Below are positions 48,763 to 57,036 of a stretch of DNA of 57,036 nt, in pieces (position 1 is the stretch's first letter; the number at the start of each line of letters is the position of its first letter). Location of the stretch: positions 9,258 through 66,293 of the forward strand of contig MQRK01218689.1 in the NCBI GenBank assembly GCA_001938485.1, in the 5' to 3' direction. A program made the translations under genes and the position numbers. The notes below the pieces were generated by a model. It made no database searches and had not been told where the DNA came from. It was given only the letters and a program-made list of their open reading frames with translations. The stretch is from Girardia tigrina. Lineage: Eukaryota.

Positions 48763-51016
48763 CAGTGGTTCCTAACCTGGGGGTAATTACCACCAGGGGG
48801 GTAAAAACGTAATTCTTTAGGGGTAAAAAGGCATCCAATAAATTTTAGTGATGCCTTCTTTGTTAATAAAAAAATACAGTACAGTAACGCATTTGGTTCA
48901 TGTGCCATATACTCTTTATTGTTATCGAAACTGCGTGTATAAACCAGTTTGAACTGAGGGTGGTTGAGCATGTATTCCGACGCATTATCGCGTTTGAGCT
49001 CCACAATGCGCACACGCGATGCACAATGGGGATTCACGAATATTCTAGATAGGAATGTGGAAAAGCCTCAGTGTGTTCAATGTAATAAAGTGCTTAATAC
49101 AGAGAGCATGAAGCCGAGCAAATTAAAAGAACATTTCGAGAGAGTTCACAAAGAGTTTGCAGATAAAGATATAGATTTTTTTAAGAGAAAAGAGAGTTTT
49201 CTGAAGTCTGTGCGATTTGATTCAACAGGAAATATGCAAAAGGCAAGTGAATCATATCTTCAAGCTTCATATCAAATTTCTTATCGTATTGCTATGAACA
49301 AAAAACCGCACACTATAGGAGAGGATCTCACCAAACCTTGTTTGTGTGATGCAGTATTACTCGTCTTTGGTGAGAAACATGTGGCTGAGATCAAACAAAT
49401 ATCACTTTCAAATACTATAGGTCAAAGCCGCATTTCAGACTTGAGTAACGATATTATGGCAACCATTTTAATGAAATGAAATAAGTTCTATGTTTGCACT
49501 GCATTTAGATGAGTCTACAGATGTAGTTTTGTGTTCATAGCTACTGGCATTTACACGTTATATGAAAGATGACTGTGTAAAAGAGGAATACCTGTTCTGT
49601 AAATCATTATCCACCACTACCAGTGGAGAAGACATTTTCGAAACGCTGAAACAGTTTATTGAGGAAAACGGTCTGGACTGGTCAAAGCTGGTCGGTATTT
49701 GTACAGACCTTCCATGGTGGGCGTCCGCTCTGGATTTCAAGCACTCGTGAAACAAGTTGCTCCTCAAGTTTTATCCTATCATTGTCTCATTCATCGCTAC
49801 GCTTTGGCTGTTAAGACGCTTCCACCAGAATTACTAAGCACGCTGAATGACATAGTGAAAATTTTGAACCATGTTCGTGGCAATGCAACAAACACCAGAT
49901 TATTTAAAGTTTTATGTGATGAAGTTGGTGCTAAATTTAACTTTCTTTTGTACCACACAGATGTACGTTGGTTATCATGAGGCAGGGTTTTGAACAGGGT
50001 TTACGAGCTCCGTGAAGAAATAGGATTATTTTTTGAAAAACAGAAAACACAAAAAAGAAAAAGAGTATCTGTCAAAAATGAAAGACAAAACATTTGTTGA
50101 AAAGCTAGTGTATCTTACTGATTTCTCCAGTGAAATCAACAATCTTAATATTTCTTTGCAAGGAAAAATGACGAATATTTTGAGAGCTTAGGATAACGTT
50201 GCCGGTTTTGTACGTATATTAGAACTTTACCAACGCAGAGTGCAAACTGGCGATGTGTCGATGTTTACACAACTCTGTGAGCAATTATCAAATACCAAAG
50301 TCAGCAAAATCACATTTAGAAATGCGTGGCTCAACATTTATCTACAATAATAGAGTCACTGAAGCAATATTTTCCGGATTTGGATAATTGTCAGTCCAAT
50401 TCTTGGATATTAAGATCCTTTTCTACTGTTGATGACATTTTTAAAGACGAGGATGTAGCGGCCAAAGTAGAATGTCTAGGACTCCGCGAGAATAGTACTT
50501 TTAAAGTAGAATTTCAAAATTATGATCTCTGCACATTTTGAATTAAAGCAGGTACCGAATATTCTGTTATAGCCAACAAAGCTTTAAAAATGCTGTTACC
50601 CTTCACCACCTCTTATAGATGCGAGAGTAGTTTTTCAACTTTAGTTTCATTGAAAACAAAGCTCAGAAGCCGTCTCAATGTGGAACAATACTTGAGATGC
50701 GCTTTAAGTGACACTAAACCTAAAATAAAAAAACTTGTAAATTCAAAACAATTCCAACCTTCATACTGAATATTTTTAAATCATAGTTAAAATATAAAAC
50801 AAAGTAATATTGTAATACTGTTTTGCAATTTGTGTTTTTCTATTTATTCACAATGTATCCAGTTTTCTGAAGAACTACTGGCAATGACAAATTTGTAATT
50901 AATAAACATTTAAATTCGCTTGCATTGTGTGTTTTTATAGCATTTTTAAGTTGGGGTAAAATCAGTTTTCCTAACAGGTTACAGGGGTAGCAGCATAAAA
51001 AGGTTAGGAACCACTG
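48763..51016 (+). mobile_element. hAT Buster/Charlie-type DNA transposon, full length, decayed
   Basis: 16-bp TIRs cagtggttcctaacct, perfect 8-bp TSD ttttaggt. BED finger (PQCVQC...MKPSKLKEH), LDESTD, HCLIHR, HTDVRWLS, PFTTSYRCESSFS. Confidence 0.95.
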
Positions 51017-51953
51017 TTTTAGGTTTATCGTGTAAAAGAAGAAATTTTATAAATATATTTCAATTTAGATCAATTGAAAAACAATTTTCTATTGGTTGCA
51101 AATAAAACAGGTAAAAGAAAATGGAAAAATATTTATTTAATCAACTTTATTTTCAGTCCAATCAAACATAGAAATATCAGAAAATAAAAGTAAATTATTT
51201 TTAGTTTATATAATACTAAGAAATAGTAGAAGGTTCTGATTACAAATATGGCATACGTACAAGGTTGGCCAACATTAGGGCTACAGTTAACAATTTAACT
51301 TTTCTTTTAATAGAAAATTAGAGATTTGTTATAATTGGATTTAAATATTTAACATTTTTAAATATTTAATTTCTCAAGTATTAAAAATGCTTATGAGATA
51401 TTTCGACAAAGTCTGACGTATTTCTACAAAAATTTGGATCTTGATCATTATAAAATAATCCACGAAAAATGTAATTTTTCAGTTTTTTATTGTAAGTGGA
51501 TTAGTTAGTTTATTATATTTTTTAAGAGTTTAACAAAACTATTTTCATTGAAAAATTAATATAATTTGTTTTAAAATTACTATAAATTTGTACGTACAAA
51601 TTTGTAAAGGTGTGGAATGCAATAACATTTTAATAACTTTACTTACATTGAATTATACTTGGAAAAATATATATGTTCCGATGGTTTCTATGGACATGGA
51701 ATAAGTTAGAAATTGATCAAATTAATATATTCTATACTAAAATTGATGATGTATAAAATAGAAATGGTTCAAAGATATAAATTTTGGATTACTGAACTAA
51801 TTTCAACTAATATCAACAAAAAATAATAATTTCAACATAGGAATTAATTTCAACAAATATGTTTTATTAATTATTTTTCAAACTATTTGTGAGTGTTCTG
51901 ATTATGTTATATGAAATAAAAAAGATTTTATTCAAAAAAAATTACATATAAAA

Positions 51954-54709
51954 TGTGAACGAGAATAACTAAAATAAGGATTTATTTCAATAACAAGATG
52001 TACAAACCATTCACCGAATTCTGATTATTAAAACAAGTTTTCGACGTTTCCACTACAATCTCCCTTGCCTTCAAGGCACAAAGCAAACTCCTTCTGTGCA
52101 CTGTAGATTCTCGCTCGGATCTGGTTTTGTCACTCCTGTACACACATAATCTGCAAATCTTGCCGGCCGAAGGGTCGCTCGATTTGGCCTCGGTTGCCGC
52201 ACCTCGTCGGATTGAGTCTGACAGTTTTTAACAGCATCCCTTATGCTATTTAATGTCTGTTCGTCCTCTTCGTCTTAGCTGAATCCAATCTTGGTGGACA
52301 AAAGTTAGAAACAACATCCGATATTTAGACAAGATTGGATTTCAAANNNNNNNNNNNNNNNNNNNNNNNNNNNNNNNNNNNNNNNNNNNNNNNNNNAAGT
52401 CATCTAGTGAAAGTCTTACACTATCAGCCGCCGAAAAGAAAACACTGTCTTTCCAATTCCACAGGCTGTACCATCATAAAAAATTTGTGGACTGGTTAAA
52501 GCAGTCGAGTGCGAGAAAATCTGCTGATGCATTGTGCAAGGATAAAATGTCCAGCCAAGTGCTACATGATAGTAGCCTGACAGAAACAGAATGGCGATTT
52601 ATTCATCAGGCCCGAACGGGGAATCTTTCAGTTAACTACAAGCCGAAGAAACTTAAGGAAAAGACATTGTGCCGAGCTTGCCGACAATATGTTGAGACAC
52701 AATTACATGTCCTTTGTCGCTGCAAATCAAACATAGCACTTGTTACTGCACACCATAATTCCGTACTTGACCTGGTTGTCGAAGCAATAGACATTGAACC
52801 TCACTATTACGAGATACTAACGGATGAACAAAGTAACTTTTCATAATCAGTAGAAGAATCGATCTGCAAATCAAAAACACTGGCAGAAAGACTCTATGGC
52901 TAATCGATATCAAAACACCATATGATGAAACGCAGAATTTAAAGTCTACCAGATAGCTTAATGAGACAAAGTACGAATCACTTGAAGCTGAAGCAAAGGG
53001 AAAATTCCAAGGTTTGGGTGTCAATCTTAGGACAAAAGTAGTTGGATGTCTCGGCTCCTTGCAAAAGAAAAACGATGAAGTACTCCAAGACCTAAATTTG
53101 TCGGATATTGCCATCAACAACCTACGAAAAAAAATGCGTTATATCCCACATCAAATACTGCTCATCGACATGGGCGAAACACAATATCAACTGTTTCAAC
53201 CCATGCTCAAGTTCCATGGAAGCTCCAGTCAACTCAATGCTGGAACGGATTCTAACTATGGACACTTAATGACGCAGTAATCAAAAGTGATCCTCTTTCT
53301 TTGGTCCTTTGAGACCTATTTCTTGTTTTACTTTTTTATTGAAATAAAATTTAGTAAATCAACCTTTCCCCATTGCCTGCACCTGCTTCTCAGTTATTCA
53401 CCCTGGACCCCACAATTTCCTCGCAAAGAACATCATCCACTTCCCCCAAAATCGTGGATAGCATGGAGCGCCTGCAGACTATCTATCGGCTACCCCTCTC
53501 CCTTCATCGTTACTGCCGGCACATTCGGTCAATCCTTTGACGCTATCAGCCAGTCACTAGGTACGTGAGTGAGGCGATTTGCTAGCTTTTATGCTGAACT
53601 GACCAATTTCCACTCCACCCGAAGCGGCCCCTCTTCGATAGTCTGCTTGATTGTGCACATGCATCGCTTTACGAGCAGCTCGCTCATTCCCCTGGATCTA
53701 ACCGTTCATCGCCCCTCGTAGCGTTTGTCAACCACCGGAACACAGTGGAAGAGTTCGTTATAATCTTGATGTTTTTTAATCCCCATGCGACTGCTGCATT
53801 TATTGCCGTATTAGTCACTTCAAGTTCTGCCAGGTTGATATGAGCGGTGTCATCGTCCTTGCGAAGCCACGAAGCATCCTCGACCACCGCTCCCCTATCT
53901 CTACAAAGATACCGGTCGCGATCGAACTGGCATTATACCCCACTTGACCGTATTTTCGGTCGGGTACTTCCCACATGTAGTTCACCAGCATTTCAGCGCA
54001 GACCAGGCTTTCTACGGTGTGGTTGGACACGAACGCGTTTAAGGCTCTGTAGTCTAGCACCGATCGCATCTTTCTCTTGGTCACCTGAACCACCGCCATC
54101 AGAGGCAAAATTGCCTTTGCTTTCCAATTAAACGGGATGAGCCACCCGTTTTTCTTCCATTCAGAAAACCCCTAGCTCCCCTCTTCTTTGTACCGCTTTG
54201 CCGACGCATATGCAACCGCTCCCCCAAGCCAATCTGTTGGCTCCTCACCGCTCCTCCACTTCCATAATGCCGTCCACGAGCGGCTGTCAAACTCAGCTAT
54301 AAAATCAGAATCCTCAATCCTCGTGCGTGCTGGTTGCTTCGCTCTGCCCACCGCTACCTGATGTTCAATCGGTCCAAACTTTTGGACGCCGCCTCTGCTA
54401 GGCACCCACACGCCCCTAAATTAGTCACTGAATTCACGATATATGACTGACGCCTTGCCGTCAGTGCAAGCGGCAATATCACCAGCTTGTTCTCCTTAAG
54501 CGTATCCGCGCACTCGTGGTATCACTCGATTCAAATGGAAAAATCCCCACGCCCGTCATACGCCGGCACGATTTTTGGAGTCTTCATCACAAAGCCGCGA
54601 TAGCTTGTGAACGAGAATAACGAAAATAATGATTTATTTCAATAACAAGATTTACAAACCGTTCACCGAATTCTGATTATTTAAACAAGTTTTCGGCGTT
54701 TCCACTACA
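51954..54709 (-). mobile_element. Short-LTR retrotransposon (104-bp LTRs), internally deleted
   Basis: LTRs 51954-52057 and 54606-54709 (TG...CA, 6 mismatches), 5-bp TSD taaaa, PPT gaaggcaagggaga. Pol remnants DFIAEFDSRSWTALWKW, PLMAVVQ...VLDYRALN, VEDASWLR...HINLAELE. Confidence 0.9.
52210..53355 (+). mobile_element. NeSL/Utopia/R2-like non-LTR retrotransposon 3' fragment (restriction-like endonuclease)
   Basis: EWRFIHQAR, CRAC...ETQLHVLCRC (CCHC), HHNSVL, RRIDL...LIDIKTPYD, KYESL. 5' limit approximate because of a gap. Confidence 0.8.
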
Positions 54710-54939
54710 TAAAATTAAATAAATACTTTTAAATTATTTAATATAAAATAGTTCATTTTTTTGTTGAAATTAATTCTGCATTCCATGAATTTTTTCTCAA
54801 TAGCAATAACTACTTTATACGAAAATGCCTTTCTAAATTAATATCTAGAATTATTTTTTGACATATTTAATGTTTCTTATGGTTACATAACTAAAGTCAA
54901 ATCGACAAAATCCTAAAACCAAAGTCTCCATTGACCAAT

Positions 54940-55225
54940 TTCATGAGGACAAAAAGCCCATACAGACAAAAATTAAAGAGGAAAAAAGTGCATTACGACA
55001 ATGATAAAAATTTAAATTTTGAGACAACTGCAGAAGGAGGACCTAAAACAACTAATTGTTGTAAAAGGTTTTACAATTCGGTGAATTCACTATTTCTTTG
55101 TAGCCATCCGAGTGTATGTATTTTGCTTGATCGACTTAAAAATGAAATTTCTTGCCACCAATTAACATTACCTAATTTTGATTCTGGGATGAATGAAATT
55201 AAAAGAAGAAAATGTTTTTCTTCGA
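54940..55225 (+). mobile_element. MULE transposase C-terminal fragment
   Basis: PKTTNCCKRFYNSVNSLF.CSHPSV..LLDRLKNE. Confidence 0.5.
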
Positions 55226-55232
55226 TGTAGAG

Positions 55233-55563
55233 CAGGTTTTATCAACGGGGACCATTTGGCCCCCCAGTGGGTCACAATGTATTTTAAAGGGGCCATTGAA
55301 AAAAAGTAAAATTGGGGAGCCATGGAAACTTCTTTAGGGGCCCAGAAAAAAATTTTCAAATACCATTGTTAATTTTTGAAATACGATTTTTCAAGATTGC
55401 CTGTTTCAACAACTTTGCAGTGAAAATGATGACTGCATATTTTTGTTTTTCTATGTATATTGTATAAAAAATTATAAAATAAATTTTTTAAAATAGGAAG
55501 GGGCGACGAGTACAAATATATTTTTTGGGGGGACACAAGTAAAAAAAGGGTTTAGAACCTCTA
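55233..55563. mobile_element. Non-autonomous hAT (Buster-type) MITE
   Basis: 8-bp TSD atgtagag on both sides; degenerate TIRs caggttttatcaac / ggtttagaacctcta. Confidence 0.75.
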
Positions 55564-56631
55564 ATGTAGAGTTCGAAATTTTGTAAGCAGATATTGTGAC
55601 GAAAATGATAAATTGAAATACTTAAGAAATAATAGTTATCTTTAATAAATGATTTTAAATAATTGAATTTCATATTTTTCTACTTTTAATTTTTATGTGA
55701 TTGTTGAAGTTTTAAATTATCATACTTTTTAAGTGTGATAATTTTTTATAGTCTTTCAAGCGGTTAATTGTTACTGAAAATTATTATGATAATTAATAAT
55801 AATAATGTTTAGTAATATTTCAAGTAACCTATGTATCTCTAAAAGATAATATTAGATCATATAAATCATTCAACAATTTATTAATATTATAAATTATTCA
55901 TAAGATTTGAAGGAAAGTCTTTTGTTTAAGAATACCAATTGATTCCCCCAAAGAACCCACATGAATCATAATTTTGGATTCCTCGATTGCACATTACTTT
56001 TATTTTAAATTATTTTTTTCTTTCATTGTTTTCTTCTGTTTATGGGATTCACAATCGAGAACGTTTAGCTGTTCTTTGACAAAATTAATAATCAATTCAC
56101 AAAAGGAAGACGCTTTTAATTCAATTTTTTTACTTTTCAAAGCTTCTATTTATTTTGCGATAAACGCATTTTATTTTCATTAACCTTGAGACAATTTTTT
56201 TTCTTTCCAACATTAAAAACCCAACACAATTACAAGTAGCCATTCAAGACATTTGTGAAGGACAGGTTCACTCTTAAAATTTTTGAAACAATTAATTTTT
56301 ATAAAGAATTTCTAAAATAAGGAAATATGTAAAATAAAAGTTTTTTAAGCAATTATAATTAAAAAAAATATATCTAATTAATTTTAAAAAGTTATTCTAA
56401 AAATAAAATAACTTTGTTGCCAGAGATGTAAAGTAAAAAAACAGATAATTTTAGATTTTAAAGTTAGTTTGGAATTCTACAAAATAAAGATTTAACAAAT
56501 ACTTAATTCTAAACAGTTTTCGTAAAAGAAATAAATATTAAAACTTTTATCATTAATGTATCGTAATAATAATAAAAATTTGAATACTGTAAATTATTTT
56601 TTGTATTTAAATTGTATTTAAAATTTGTATT

Positions 56632-57036
56632 TGTTGTGACAGAGAATATCCAACTAAGAAAAATATATATTTGAATTAACAGTTTACAATAATGAATATT
56701 AAAACAACACACATTAAAATACAATAATATTTACATAATTATTCCACACTCGCCCTGTTCGACAACTTAATTTCTGTATCTTTTAGGCTTCTGTCGGTCT
56801 CGAACTGGATTGCGTCTCACTCTTATTTCATTAATATTCCGTCGATCTTCCTCTGGCATCTGGTCTTCTTCATGTACATCATGATAATCATTTTTGATAC
56901 TTTTTGACATAATTGTTGTAGCCTTTTCTGAATTTCTCGTGTCATTTTGTGGTGTTCTCAATCTTCTGATATCTACCACATTTCTCTCAATTATTCTTCC
57001 ATCACTAATCCTTTTTAATCTGTACGCATGCTTCCC
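56632..57036 (-). mobile_element. 3' end of a Gypsy element (integrase tail, PPT, short LTR), runs off the window
   Basis: HAYRLKRISDGRIIERNV...RRNPVRDRQKPKRY*, purine tract gaacagggcgag, then TGTGG LTR start at ~56749. Confidence 0.7.

Overview
Very AT-rich eukaryotic (animal-type) genomic DNA with short 43-65 nt GT-AG introns, three assembly gaps and a dense cover of decayed, nested transposable elements. I cannot name the organism from sequence alone. Retroelements: four LTR retrotransposon copies plus a fragment, RTE-like LINEs, a NeSL/R2-like fragment and Penelope-like elements with hammerhead-ribozyme cores. DNA transposons: mariner, rosa/DD41D, pogo/Tigger, hAT-Buster, Merlin and MULE. 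A decayed Polinton/adintovirus-like virion module sits at about 20.6-25.3 kb (packaging ATPase, ZnF-PLA2-integrase, major capsid protein, pX-like core protein; no polymerase or protease seen). Two apparent host genes can be assembled by hand: a three-ubiquitin-like-domain pseudokinase (36.5-38.3 kb) and a micro-exon gene for a small Cys-rich signal-peptide protein (43.3-44.0 kb) that the ORF track misses. A 28S rRNA fragment is embedded at an inversion breakpoint inside the first Gypsy element. All family assignments come from motif recognition by eye, not from database searches.
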